Assembly (NCBI GenBank): GCA_049700215.1
Contig: JBNAVT010000010.1
Coordinates: 1-57,565, forward strand
Direction of reading: 5' to 3'
DNA length: 57,565 nt
Source: Thermoproteota archaeon
GTDB lineage: Archaea; Thermoproteota; EX4484-205; JAAOZP01
Positions 10,686 through 20,629 of this stretch are shown one piece after another (within the stretch, counting starts at the first letter, position 1; each line of letters begins with the position of its first letter). The notes beneath the pieces are model-generated. The model did not search any database, had not been told where the DNA came from, and saw only the letters and a list, made by a program, of their open reading frames with translations. The translations under genes were made by a program, and so were the position numbers.

Positions 10686-11255
10686 CTAAAGCGGGCCTCG
10701 GTAATATTTCGTCGACGGGCAGCCTAAACACTTCTTCTCATGGTAGCGTAAGCATCTCCCACAGTTCATTCCGCACGGCGCATCCTCATCCGTCCTTGTT
10801 GCAACCACCTTTACCGGCAAATACTTGGGAACCACCGGCGCCTCGCCTATTATGGCTTCTGAACGCCTTATTCCACCCTTCCGTGCCCTCACGGAGCATC
10901 TTTCTATTATGGCGTTCAGCGTGTCAGCATCCTCAGCCACCATGATGGTCATCAGATTGTAGGCGCCTGTTGTCATGGTTAAGAAAACCATCCTCGGACA
11001 CTTAGAAAACATGTTTACAAGCTCCCGTAGACGCTGAGGCGTTTCAACCTCCGCGTTCACGATGGCGACGCGGAAACCCAGATGCTCCGCGTTCAGCCCG
11101 GCTGAAACCTTAACCAGGCTCTCGGAAAGCTTGTCCAACCTTTTCCCAACAGCTACGTGCGATAAGCCGAGCTCTCTACCTATTGCCAAGAGGGGTGTCC
11201 GACCGTCTTCCTGAAGGATTGATATGATCTTCCTGTCCACTTCATCTAGGCTCAT
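10686..11255 (-). CDS. Lrp/AsnC-family regulator with a Cys-rich C-terminal tail
   Basis: LDEVDRKIISILQEDGRTP HTH, and C-terminal CGMNCGRC...CLGCP. Confidence 0.88.
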   Translation of the reverse strand: MSLDEVDRKIISILQEDGRTPLLAIGRELGLSHVAVGKRLDKLSESLVKVSAGLNAEHLGFRVAIVNAEVETPQRLRELVNMFSKCPRMVFLTMTTGAYNLMTIMVAEDADTLNAIIERCSVRARKGGIRRSEAIIGEAPVVPKYLPVKVVATRTDEDAPCGMNCGRCLRYHEKKCLGCPSTKYYRGPL

Positions 11256-11259
11256 TATG

Positions 11260-11304
11260 TTACAATATGTAAGGTAAAGCGTATATATGTCTTACGGTTT
11301 GTAA
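11260..11304. promoter_or_regulatory. Two TTAC-N5-GTAA operators in a divergent promoter
   Basis: TTACaatatGTAA (11260-11272) and TTACggtttGTAA (11292-11304) flank TATATAT. Confidence 0.55.
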
Positions 11305-11312
11305 TATTACGA

Positions 11313-11825
11313 ATGGTGATGAGTATGGAGGAAGCGTCGGCGCAGAACCCTGGCGAGAAACACGGTGGAGAGGCTAGGGTTTCGAAGGTTGAAAGTGAAA
11401 CGTTTCCGTTCAGGAGGATTCTGGTCCCGTTAGACGGCTCCGAGCATTCGGTGAAAGCGTTGGAAACGGCTGTTCAAATAGCTCTAAAATTCGGCAGCAG
11501 GATCACGCTGGTGCACGTGTACCAGGTTGGCGGCTTCGCAATCTCCCCTACGCCTGTAAACGAGTTTGTTGAGGCAATACGGAAGATGGGTGTAAACATC
11601 TTGGAAGACGGGGAGAAGAGGGTTAAATCCGGGGGGGTTGAGGTCGATAAGCTGCTGGTTGAGGGGCGTCCAGTCGACCAGATAATCAGAACATGCAGGG
11701 AAGGGGGGTTCGACATGATCGTAATGGGTGCAAGGGGGTTAAGCAGAGTGAAGGAGGTTATCTTGGGAAGCGTGAGCGAAGGAGTGGTGAGGCACGCCTC
11801 CTGCCCTGTGCTTGTGGTGAAGTAG
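11313..11825 (+). CDS. Universal stress protein (start may be 11325)
   Basis: RILVPLDGS...DMIVMGARG...LGSVSEGVVRHASCPVLVVK. Confidence 0.93.
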   Translation: MVMSMEEASAQNPGEKHGGEARVSKVESETFPFRRILVPLDGSEHSVKALETAVQIALKFGSRITLVHVYQVGGFAISPTPVNEFVEAIRKMGVNILEDGEKRVKSGGVEVDKLLVEGRPVDQIIRTCREGGFDMIVMGARGLSRVKEVILGSVSEGVVRHASCPVLVVK

Positions 11826-11828
11826 CCG

Positions 11829-13094
11829 ATGGCGTTAGCTGACACCCTGCTCTTAACCGCAATAACGTATTCTATCGCACTAGGTTTCGGCTACTTGTTG
11901 GAGAGATACTTGAGAATGCCATGGATGTTCACACTCGTCTTGTTCGGCATGGTCTTCTCCGCCCTCGGTTTCTTCACGCCAGTCATAAACGACGCGGGCT
12001 TCCAGCTTCTGGCTAAACTAGGAATGCTCGCCCTCCTCTTCATGATCGGCCTAGACTTGAACCTGAAGGAGATGAGGTCGCTGGGAGCATACATCGCGGC
12101 AGGCAGTATCTTCCTCTGCCTTTTCGAAGGCCTCATACTTGCGCTCCTATTCTACTTCTGGTTTCCGGCTGACGTGAACAATTCCTTCACCATCGCGCTG
12201 ATAACGGGCATAACCTTTGGAACAATCGGCGAAGTAGTCCTGTTCGCCATCCTCTCGGAATTCGGCCTGGTGAACACGAAGTTCGGCCAGCTTACTCTTG
12301 GAATAGGGGTTTTCGACGACGTGATGGAGGTTGCGATGCTTGCAGCTGTAGCCAGCCTACCAGTGTTCTCGTTAAGCAGCGCGGCTCAAGCCTCGGGCTT
12401 CATGCTTCCCGTAATATCTTATTTGATACTCTTGCTTCTGGCAACGTTCGCAATAGTGAGGATTGCGGGGCGGGTCAGAAAAGCATTAGAAAACATTGTG
12501 CGTAGCCCGCCCTATGTCCCGCCTTTCCTGATATTCCTAGTGTTCTTTTTCTTCGCCGCTTCAGGCGCGCTGGTGTATGAGACACTGGCCCCTGTAGCCT
12601 CGATAATGGGTGGAATAGTTACGCAGCAGGTGTTCCCTGAGAAGGTTCTTAAGGAGAGCAGGAAGTCAATAGGCTTCCTGGGCAACTTCTTCCTCTCCCC
12701 CTTCTTCTTCCTAGGCCTGGGGGCCAGTGTTTCTCTAGCCTCCATCATCGCCTTCCCGTTACTAATTGTTATAATCTTCCTGGTTTCGTTTGGCTCAAGG
12801 GTTTCAGCCTCCACCCTACTCTTCAACAGGCTGCTCGGGTTGAAATACGCTTTCATAATGGGGATTGGGCTCTGCACGAAGTTCAGTACAAGCATTATTG
12901 CAGAAACGCTTCTCTTAAACTCCGGAGCCATATCCACGAGACTGTTCTCAGCGATGATAGCGACCTACATGGTTATGAAGCCGGTGGTGGCGGGAGCATA
13001 CTCCTGGGGCCTATCCACCGCGAAGAATGGAATCGCCAAGTTGTTCTCCATCGAGGGTTCGAAGCCCTCTTCAGGTGGTGGTGGAAACGCGTGA
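11829..13094 (+). CDS. Cation:proton antiporter (CPA2/Kef-like)
   Basis: About 12 hydrophobic segments, with LLFMIGLDL and GVFDD motifs. Confidence 0.85.
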   Translation: MALADTLLLTAITYSIALGFGYLLERYLRMPWMFTLVLFGMVFSALGFFTPVINDAGFQLLAKLGMLALLFMIGLDLNLKEMRSLGAYIAAGSIFLCLFEGLILALLFYFWFPADVNNSFTIALITGITFGTIGEVVLFAILSEFGLVNTKFGQLTLGIGVFDDVMEVAMLAAVASLPVFSLSSAAQASGFMLPVISYLILLLLATFAIVRIAGRVRKALENIVRSPPYVPPFLIFLVFFFFAASGALVYETLAPVASIMGGIVTQQVFPEKVLKESRKSIGFLGNFFLSPFFFLGLGASVSLASIIAFPLLIVIIFLVSFGSRVSASTLLFNRLLGLKYAFIMGIGLCTKFSTSIIAETLLLNSGAISTRLFSAMIATYMVMKPVVAGAYSWGLSTAKNGIAKLFSIEGSKPSSGGGGNA

Positions 13095-14541
13095 GGCAGA
13101 CCTAGTGGCAAGCGCTGTGGAAGCGTGGCTCGGCAACCCTGTCTCCAGGGTTCTTCTGAGATGGGTTTCAAGGAGAACAGAGAAAGGCAGTAGGCTAGAG
13201 TCAGCCTTAAAGAAATACGTGGGTGAGCAGGAGCAGCTGAGCTTTCAAGAAAAGCTAGCTTATCTAGTGGTTAAGCTGGCTCTCGAAAAAGGTTCCGAGT
13301 CCTTCGGCCTCTCTAGGGAGCAGGTGAAACCCTCTCTGAGAGATCCTTTAATAAGGAGGAGTATTCTAAACGTTCTTGAAGGCATAGGATACTTCGGTGT
13401 GCAAAGACCCCAAACCACAGGAGCCCCGTTTCTCATAGTGTGGAACTTCACGAAGCAATGCAACCTGAGGTGTAAGCATTGCTATGAGAACGCTGGGCCG
13501 AAACCTGCACCAGACGAGTTGACAACCGAAGAGGCTAAGCATGCCATAGACGAGTTTGCAAACGCAGGAGTAGTGGCCTTAGCGTTTTCCGGAGGCGAAC
13601 CGCTAGTGAGAAGGGACTTTTTTGAGATTGCTAAGTATGCTGCTGAAAAGGGTTTCTACGTTTCAGTGGCATCCAACGGGACGCTGATTACTGAAAAAGT
13701 CGCGCAAAAAATGAAGGAAACAGGGGTTCAATACGTCGAGGTTTCCTTAGACGGGTTTGAAAAGACTCACGACAAGTTCAGGGGAGTGAAAGGGGCTTGG
13801 AAACGGACTGTAGAAGGGATTAAAAAGTGTGTTGAGGCAGGCCTGTATACCTGTGTAGCCACGACGGCGACGCATTACAATCTGAAGGAGATACCAGGGC
13901 TCATAGATTTTGCTGAAAAGGATCTTCGCGTTCAACGTTTCATAGTTTTCAACTTCATACCTGTTAGTAGGGGGAGAGAAATAGTTGAACAGGATTTAAC
14001 CCCAGGGGAAAGAGAAGGCCTTCTCGACTTCCTGTATTCAAAGCTTGTCAGTGGGAAAGGTCTGGAAACACTTTCCACAGCACCCCAGTATGCAGTAACC
14101 TCCTATAGGTTCGCGTTCGGCCCGTTGATCGCCACGCACTTCACGAACAAAGAAGCCATGGAGGTGCTTAAAGGTAAGACTCGCTCCTTAGCGGAATTCA
14201 TCGGGGGCTGCGGAGCCGGTCGTCTCTACTGCGGCATGGAGCCGAACGGGGACATTGAGCCATGCGTCTTCATCCCGATAAAAGTAGGGAACATTCGGGA
14301 ACAAAGCTTGGTTGAAATCTGGAGAGAATCCCCAGTCTTGAAACAGATAAGGAACAGGGATCTTTTCAAGGGGTGTGGAGAATGCGAATACAAGTATATT
14401 TGCGGAGGCTGCAGGGCGAGGGCCTACGCCTACTTTAATGACTTGCAGGGCCCAGACCCGGGGTGCAGTATAAACCAGAGATACTGGGAGGAGGTTGTGA
14501 ATAGCTTGGAAAAGGTTAGCCGAGCCTCAAACCATGGATGA
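13081..14541 (+). CDS. Radical SAM/SPASM protein (start uncertain, 13027-13081)
   Basis: CNLRCKHC, FSGGEP, and SPASM GCGAGR...PC...CGECEYKYICGGCRARA...DPGC. Confidence 0.92.
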   Translation: METREADLVASAVEAWLGNPVSRVLLRWVSRRTEKGSRLESALKKYVGEQEQLSFQEKLAYLVVKLALEKGSESFGLSREQVKPSLRDPLIRRSILNVLEGIGYFGVQRPQTTGAPFLIVWNFTKQCNLRCKHCYENAGPKPAPDELTTEEAKHAIDEFANAGVVALAFSGGEPLVRRDFFEIAKYAAEKGFYVSVASNGTLITEKVAQKMKETGVQYVEVSLDGFEKTHDKFRGVKGAWKRTVEGIKKCVEAGLYTCVATTATHYNLKEIPGLIDFAEKDLRVQRFIVFNFIPVSRGREIVEQDLTPGEREGLLDFLYSKLVSGKGLETLSTAPQYAVTSYRFAFGPLIATHFTNKEAMEVLKGKTRSLAEFIGGCGAGRLYCGMEPNGDIEPCVFIPIKVGNIREQSLVEIWRESPVLKQIRNRDLFKGCGECEYKYICGGCRARAYAYFNDLQGPDPGCSINQRYWEEVVNSLEKVSRASNHG

Positions 14542-14587
14542 GGCCCCGGAAAAACTAATAAGTGTTCCGCAATCTTGAGGAATAAAG

Positions 14588-14963
14588 GTGTATAAATTGG
14601 GGGTTCCTGAGATCGGGCTTGTCGTGTGCAACAGCGGGGCCTCGAACACTGGGCAACTGACAGGGTTGGCTGCGCTTAAAGTTGTTGAGAAGCTGGGAGG
14701 CGATAGAGTAGGGATATGCTCGTTGCCCGCGTTAGCCAACAAGATTCCGAGGCAAGTCATGCTTGTTAAGGAGATTAAACGCCTCATCATTGTCGACGGT
14801 TGCCACAACGAGTGTTCAAGAAAAATACTTGATGACTTAGGGATCAAATACGGCAAGTACCTGAATCTGGGGCATGATCTTGGGATTAAAAAACTGTGGC
14901 CCTTTACCACTATGAATTATTCCGAAGAGGATGTTGAAAAAGTTTCTTCAGCAATAATGAAAA
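14588..14963 (+). pseudogene. DGC-domain putative zinc-binding protein; 3' end replaced at a (GC)5 tract
   Basis: CNSGASNTGQ, GICSL and IIVDGCHNEC. The sequence after KS-ARA is out-of-frame DNA from another gene. Confidence 0.75.
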
Positions 14964-14973
14964 GCGCGCGCGC

Positions 14974-15421
14974 CCAAGGAGGCAGAGGTTTTCAGCATCG
15001 GTTTCGAGGAATACGAGGGACCGGTAAAGAGCATCGAGGTTTTTAGAAGCGAGTTTACAACAATCCAATTGGGAAAAATAGTTGAAATAGGTTTAGGCAT
15101 GCTCGGTAGGCAAGACCAGATGCTCGGTAAACAGGATCTAATGTTGGAGAAACAGGATGTGATGCTAGGGAAGACGGATCAAATGTTGCAGAAGCAAGAT
15201 TCTCTGCTTGAAAAGCAGGATATTATGTTAGGAAAGATGGATTTAATGTTGGAGAAGCAAGATACCGTGATTGAAAAAATCGATAACTTAGGGGAGAAAA
15301 TAGATAACTTGGGTGTGAAAGTTGACGGTCTTAGAGAAGACTTGAAATCATGCTTGATGGAAGGTTAACGGCACTGGAGAAAGACGTTGCACTGATAAAG
15401 AGTAAGCTCGGAATCGTCTAA
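14974..15421 (+). pseudogene. 5'-truncated acylphosphatase/coiled-coil-type protein with (ML.KQD) heptad repeats; frameshifted near the end
   Basis: Frame reads PKEAEVFSIGFEEYEGPVKSIEVFRSEFTTIQLGKIVEIG, then 7-aa repeats. The tail RLTALEKDVALIKSKLGIV* is in a shifted frame. Confidence 0.6.
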
Positions 15422-15523
15422 ACAAGGGGGCTTTGTTCTATCTTTATTTTCAGCATGTCGAAGGCTTGTAAAAACCTCTTAGGCTTTAAGGTTAAAATAC
15501 TTCTGTGAGCATTCTAGCCCGGG

Positions 15524-17392
15524 TTGGCCTCTCTGAAAGTCGGCTTAGAGTTTCACCAGCGTCTAGCTTTCCACAAGCTTTTCTGCAGCTGCCCGTCCAC
15601 ATCCCTTGGGGAAGCCTCGGGGAAAGTTTTGAGGAGGCTTAGGGCTTCTGCGAGCGAGCTGGGTGAGCTGGACCCTGCTGCGCTTGCCGAAGCATCTAGA
15701 AGCAGGTTGTTCACCTACCATGTTGACGACTCGTTCAACTGCCTCGTTGAGCTGGACGAGGAGCCTCCCCACCTTATTGACGATGAGATTCTCGACGCGG
15801 CGCTGGAGATAGCTCTATACTTCAACATGACTGTCGTCGACGAGGCTAGGGTGATGAGGAAGACTGTTATAGACGGCAGCAATACTTCAGGCTTCCAGAG
15901 AACACTGCTGGTAGCGCTGGGGAGTGATGATTCCGTCGTGGAGACGAGCGAGGGCCCGGTTAGGCTGAAGAGCCTGTGCCTAGAGGAGGAGTCGGCCTTC
16001 ATAGTTGAAAGCGGGAGGGAGGCCGCTGAATACAGGCTTGACAGGCTGGGGATCCCTCTTGTCGAAATAGCCACTGAACCTGATATTAAGAGCCCGTCGC
16101 AGGCTCTTGAGACGGCTGAGGAAGTTGGGCTGGCCTTAAGGATGACTGGGAAAGTCATGAGGGGGCTTGGCACCATAAGGCAGGATCTGAACATAAGCAT
16201 TGAGGGCGGCGCCAGGCAGGAGATTAAAGGCGTCCAGAATCTTAAGCTGATTCCGGAGATAGTTGAAAGGGAGGCTTTAAGGCAGAGCAACCTGCTTAGG
16301 CTGAGAGACGTGTTGAAGGACAGGTGCTCTCCTGAAAGCCTCGCCTACAATCCCGTGGATCTGACGAGCGTCTTCAGGGAAACACGTTCGAAACTAGTTT
16401 CGAAGGCTCTTTCAAGGGGGGAGGTTGTCTATGGTTTGAAGGCGCCTGGCTTCAAGGGCCTGCTAGGAATGGAGCTTCAGCCCGGTAGGAGGTTCGGAAC
16501 AGAGCTTGCTGACTACGCTAGGGTCTGGGGCGGGTTGCAAGGCATAATTCACACGGACGAGCTTCCGGGGTACGGAATATCAGAGGAGGAGCTCTTGGAA
16601 GCATACGGGGTGCTCGGCCTCTCCGACGAGGATGCTGCAGTGTTCGCCGTCGGGGAACCCGTGAGGGTTAAGGCTGCTCTGAAAGCTGTCTACAGCAGGC
16701 TCCTTAAAGCCTTCGAAGGCGTGCCCTCGGAGACTAGAAGGGCTCTTGAAGACGGTAACACTGACTACCTTAGGCCCCTCCCGGGTTCTGCGAGAATGTA
16801 TCCTGAGACGGATATTCCGCCGATCTCCGTCTCCAGGGAGAGGCTTGAGAGAATAAGGATGATGCTCCCCAAGAAGCCTAGGGAGAAGGTTAAGGAGCTT
16901 GAGGCACTCGGCTTAAGCAGCCACATGGCGCAGCAGCTGGTTAAGTCACACTATCTCTCCGTCTTCGAAAAATCCCTCCAGGCCTCGGGGCTCCCGCCCG
17001 TGGCTATAGCCTCGTTCCTGCTAAACACCCTGCCGTACATCAGGAGGGAGGGCGGTAGAGAATTCAGCGACGAGGAGCTTATAACAGTGCTCAGAACCTT
17101 CCCGAGCGACCTGCCTAGGGAAATGATTCAGGATGCTCTGACGCTTTTCGCCGACAGGCAGATGAGCCTAGGACGGGTTTACGAGGAGCTCAGGCGTAGA
17201 AGGGTTGGGGAGGAGGATTTAAGGGCTGAGGCTAAACGCCTCGTGGACGAGAACATTTCCTACGTTAGAGAGAAGGGTGTTGACTCGGTTAAACTGTTAA
17301 TGGGAAGGATGATGGAGAAATTCAGGGGTGTTGCAGAAGGCTCAACGATCTACAGGATTCTCATGGAGGAGGTTAAGAGGAGGCTGGAGTGA
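15524..17392 (+). CDS. gatE: Glu-tRNA(Gln) amidotransferase subunit E
   Basis: KVGLEFHQ, MRKTVIDGSNTSGFQRT, RLDRLGIPLVEI and RPLPGSARMYPETD. Confidence 0.97.
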   Translation: MASLKVGLEFHQRLAFHKLFCSCPSTSLGEASGKVLRRLRASASELGELDPAALAEASRSRLFTYHVDDSFNCLVELDEEPPHLIDDEILDAALEIALYFNMTVVDEARVMRKTVIDGSNTSGFQRTLLVALGSDDSVVETSEGPVRLKSLCLEEESAFIVESGREAAEYRLDRLGIPLVEIATEPDIKSPSQALETAEEVGLALRMTGKVMRGLGTIRQDLNISIEGGARQEIKGVQNLKLIPEIVEREALRQSNLLRLRDVLKDRCSPESLAYNPVDLTSVFRETRSKLVSKALSRGEVVYGLKAPGFKGLLGMELQPGRRFGTELADYARVWGGLQGIIHTDELPGYGISEEELLEAYGVLGLSDEDAAVFAVGEPVRVKAALKAVYSRLLKAFEGVPSETRRALEDGNTDYLRPLPGSARMYPETDIPPISVSRERLERIRMMLPKKPREKVKELEALGLSSHMAQQLVKSHYLSVFEKSLQASGLPPVAIASFLLNTLPYIRREGGREFSDEELITVLRTFPSDLPREMIQDALTLFADRQMSLGRVYEELRRRRVGEEDLRAEAKRLVDENISYVREKGVDSVKLLMGRMMEKFRGVAEGSTIYRILMEEVKRRLE

Positions 17393-18741
17393 AAATGCCC
17401 TATTCTGAAGAGGTTGAGAAAAGGCTTTCCGAGAAAGGCGTTAAGCCCGGCGACAGGATTAGGCTTGAACGCGGCAAGCTGATGGTGGAGGGGGTTCTCC
17501 TCCCAAGGGAGGAGGTTGACTTTGGAGACGGAAGCGTCCTCGTGATAAAGCTTGACAATGGTTACAACGTGGGCTTCAGGCTGGACGGTGGCGAAATCTT
17601 TAAGCTTGAGGGCTCGGTTGAGCTGGGAAAGTTTAAGGCGCTGGAGAAGGTTGAGCAGGATAAAACACTCCCGCCCGTCTCGATTTTTTCAACAGGCGGA
17701 ACCATAAGCGCCAGAATAGACTACTATACTGGAGGCGTCTCGATGCTTTTCACGCCTGAAGAATTATTCTACAATGTTCCCGAGGTTTTGAAAATCGCCT
17801 ACTTGAGGAGGGTTGAAAGACTCTTCAGCCTCGCTTCGGAAGACATGTCTCACAGAGAGTGGTCCACCATGGCTAGAAAGGCTGCTGAAAGCCTGGCTGA
17901 GGGCGACGCCGGTGTTCTGATTCTCCACGGAACCGACACGATGCACTATACTTCAGCAGCCCTCTCGTTCATGCTCAGGGGGTTGAACGCTCCAGTTATA
18001 CTCGTAGGCTCGCAGAGGTCCAGCGACAGGGGCTCCAGGGACTCCGACATGAACATAATCTGCGGGCTTCACGCCGCTGCAAGGATGAACCTGGGGGAAG
18101 TAGCCGTATGCATGCACGCCGAGTCCAGCGATACTTTCAACCTTGTGATGAGGGGGACGAGGGTGAGAAAAATGCATTCGACAAGAAGGGATGCTTTCAA
18201 ACCGGTGAACTCACCCCCCTTGGCAAGGGTCTGGCCTGATGGAAGGGTCGAGATGGTTGAGAAAGAGTACAGGCCTAGGAGCACGGATCCCCCCACTGTC
18301 GACGATGCTTTCGAGCCTAAGACTGCGCTGGTTAAAGCCTACCCGGGCTCAGACCCGGAGGTCGTTGACTTCCTAGTGGACAAGGGTTACAGGGGTATCG
18401 TGATAGAGGGCACTGGAATGGGGCATGTCCCTACGGAGCCACTAGACAGGAAACTATCCTGGGTGGACAGTGTGAAGAGGGGGCTGGAGGAGGGTGTGGT
18501 CATAGCCATGGCTACTCAATGCGTCTTCGGCAGGGTGGATCCCTACGTTTACAGGAATGCTAGGATAATGATGAAGCTCGGAGTGACTTACTGCGAAGAC
18601 ATGCTGAGCGAAGTGGCTTACGTTAAGCTCGGCTGGCTCCTGGGCCACGGCTTCGACAACGAGACCGTCAGGAGGCTCATGCTGCACAGCTTCGCCGGAG
18701 AAATCTCCCGAAGATCCCTCTACTCAACATACAGGCTTTAA
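17389..18741 (+). CDS. gatD: Glu-tRNA(Gln) amidotransferase subunit D
   Basis: KLDNGYNVG, STGGTIS, HGTDTMHY and GSQRSSDR. Adjacent to gatE. Confidence 0.97.
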   Translation: MKMPYSEEVEKRLSEKGVKPGDRIRLERGKLMVEGVLLPREEVDFGDGSVLVIKLDNGYNVGFRLDGGEIFKLEGSVELGKFKALEKVEQDKTLPPVSIFSTGGTISARIDYYTGGVSMLFTPEELFYNVPEVLKIAYLRRVERLFSLASEDMSHREWSTMARKAAESLAEGDAGVLILHGTDTMHYTSAALSFMLRGLNAPVILVGSQRSSDRGSRDSDMNIICGLHAAARMNLGEVAVCMHAESSDTFNLVMRGTRVRKMHSTRRDAFKPVNSPPLARVWPDGRVEMVEKEYRPRSTDPPTVDDAFEPKTALVKAYPGSDPEVVDFLVDKGYRGIVIEGTGMGHVPTEPLDRKLSWVDSVKRGLEEGVVIAMATQCVFGRVDPYVYRNARIMMKLGVTYCEDMLSEVAYVKLGWLLGHGFDNETVRRLMLHSFAGEISRRSLYSTYRL

Positions 18742-18986
18742 TCCTTCTTAATCTTCCTTATGGCGAGAGTCTTAGCCTTCCCGTCGGACAGAACCCTGTA
18801 TTCACCGCTCAAATCCTTCCTGCTTAGAAACCATCTCACCGCCTTCCTCAGCCTCGTGTTCGAAACGTTTTCAACCATGATCTTCCCAGAGCTCTCCTCA
18901 ACCTTAGCCGACAGCTTCCTGCCGAGAAAGTCAACCAGCTCTCTAAGCGTTTCCCCAGGAAGTTTTGAAGCGTCCAGCTCAGCCAT
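18738..18986 (-). CDS. Ribosomal protein eL22-like
   Basis: 82 aa, basic. SNTRLRKAVRWFLSRKDLSGEYRVLS resembles the eL22 core [26 protein letters not shown]. Confidence 0.6.
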   Translation of the reverse strand: MAELDASKLPGETLRELVDFLGRKLSAKVEESSGKIMVENVSNTRLRKAVRWFLSRKDLSGEYRVLSDGKAKTLAIRKIKKD

Positions 18987-19037
18987 GGTTAACCGTGAAC
19001 AGGCTGGTTTAAATGGTTTACTGATACCCCTTGAGCG

Positions 19038-19691
19038 TCAAGACCAGAGCCTGCTAACCAGGCTGGTGAAACCCTGGTTCCCAACTAGGGCAGCCATGTA
19101 GAAACCCATCAACCCCATTTCAATCCAGGCTTTAGCAAGTATGGGCGTGAGGAGAGTTACTAGAAAGCCTGCAGCAGCCGGGGGCGCGAAAAGGGGGATA
19201 ATAACCAGGAAGAAGAACACTGTGAAAAGACACTCCGGAACATAGCCGAGGAGCGTGGAGAAAATAGTCAGCAATCCTTTCCTCCTCCTCTCCATTATCC
19301 TGAGGCTCCTGCTGATCAGGCCCACGGACAGGCCTGTAAGCATCTTGCCGAATACGAAGCCCGGCAGGAACAGCCATGTTAACCCACTCGTAGAGCCGAA
19401 GTATAGCCCGCTTCCAAGGCCGGCGATAACCCCGACGGCTGAGCCTGCCAAAGGGCCTCCGAAGAAGCCTGCTATCAGCGTCCCCATGTGGGACAAGTCT
19501 AGCGCAACCTGGCCCCAGTTTAAAACGGTTATCGAAGCCAGAAACAGAATATTGCTTAAAGCCCCCATCATGCCTATGAAAGCCACTCTACGCGCCCTGC
19601 TGAACACGGGTAAGGTAGTTCTCTCGACTCTACACGTCCCCGCTTCTTTAAGACGAGAAACTTCAGCCATCTCTCCACCAAAAAGGCTCAC
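19038..19691 (-). CDS. ECF transporter S-component-like membrane protein
   Basis: RVAFIGMMGALSNIL...LDLSHMGTLIAGFFGGPLAG; about 6 TM segments. Confidence 0.7.
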   Translation of the reverse strand: MSLFGGEMAEVSRLKEAGTCRVERTTLPVFSRARRVAFIGMMGALSNILFLASITVLNWGQVALDLSHMGTLIAGFFGGPLAGSAVGVIAGLGSGLYFGSTSGLTWLFLPGFVFGKMLTGLSVGLISRSLRIMERRRKGLLTIFSTLLGYVPECLFTVFFFLVIIPLFAPPAAAGFLVTLLTPILAKAWIEMGLMGFYMAALVGNQGFTSLVSRLWS

Positions 19692-19820
19692 AATGCTATA
19701 TATAAATTTAGTGACAGTTTGTAGAAATGTTTACACATGCTTTTTCTACACGCGCATTATCCACTTTCCCCTATAAACACCCCATCTTTCAGCAACCGTT
19801 ACGATTCTTAGCGTGTGCTA

Positions 19821-20508
19821 CTATATATAGCCCTTCCGCTCTGCAAACTCATCGAATTTCTCGTATTGCATTTTGAAGATTTCCTCATACCCCCTAGGCG
19901 GAGCTTTCAGCGGGAAGTCAACTTCCCTGCTCACCATGTCCATCGCGTCAAGCACTTTTTCAATCATCCTCAACTTCTCATCGAGGTTCATCCCGCTCGA
20001 GTTGAAGTGCGAGTAGAAGAATGTGAATTTACCTCTAGGAGGTATATAGTGGACGATTTCAATGCCGGCTTTACTGCTGACCTCGCGGGCAATTTCATCA
20101 TGGTAGTCCAGCCAAGCTATTATGCTCTTATACTTCTGCTTAAGCTCATCCCAAGTGCTCCTGTCGTGTATCCTCCTCATCACCTCCTCGTACTCTTTCC
20201 TCTCAATCCTCGAGCGCTCATCGAGATCCATATCCCAATATCCGGGAATGGTTTTCGACATCCTCCTACTTATGAATTCAAGTAGTGTATCTTCAATTTC
20301 ATATTTACTGTCAGAGAGGATGAACACTTCCCCATCGAAACACTCCTCTATGTTGGGGGCAGTCCAAGTCCCAGTGGTAACCTCCCACTTTTTCCTCCGT
20401 TCCTTTCCATCACGCGTTATCATAGGAGAACTTGTAACAGGATACTTTATGACGAAGTATTTATATTCCTTTCCATAGCGCTTGTTCATGCATTCAACTA
20501 ACCTTTTC
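19821..20508 (-). pseudogene. Orphan paralog of the putative immunity protein at 51047-51778, 5'-clipped at (GC)7
   Basis: Aligns by eye along its length, e.g. EECFDGEV/ESVDGIV, DEIAREVSSKAGIEI/DEVARRVSKEYGVEV, SHFNSSGMNLDEK/SEFDGRNMDEETK. Confidence 0.65.
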
Positions 20509-20629
20509 AGCGCGCGCGCGCGCTTTATCTGCACCTCCATGAACCATATGAAGCCATTCATGCTTCCCGACGTGTCTAGGAAGACCGCTCCCTTCTCTAT
20601 GTCAATGCCGTATTTCTCGAGCGCGCGCG

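Noticed and set aside
15100-15330. 21-bp periodic repeat as a CRISPR or other non-coding array
   Set aside because: It is a coding heptad repeat with synonymous variation and no spacers. No CRISPR array or cas gene was seen in the window.
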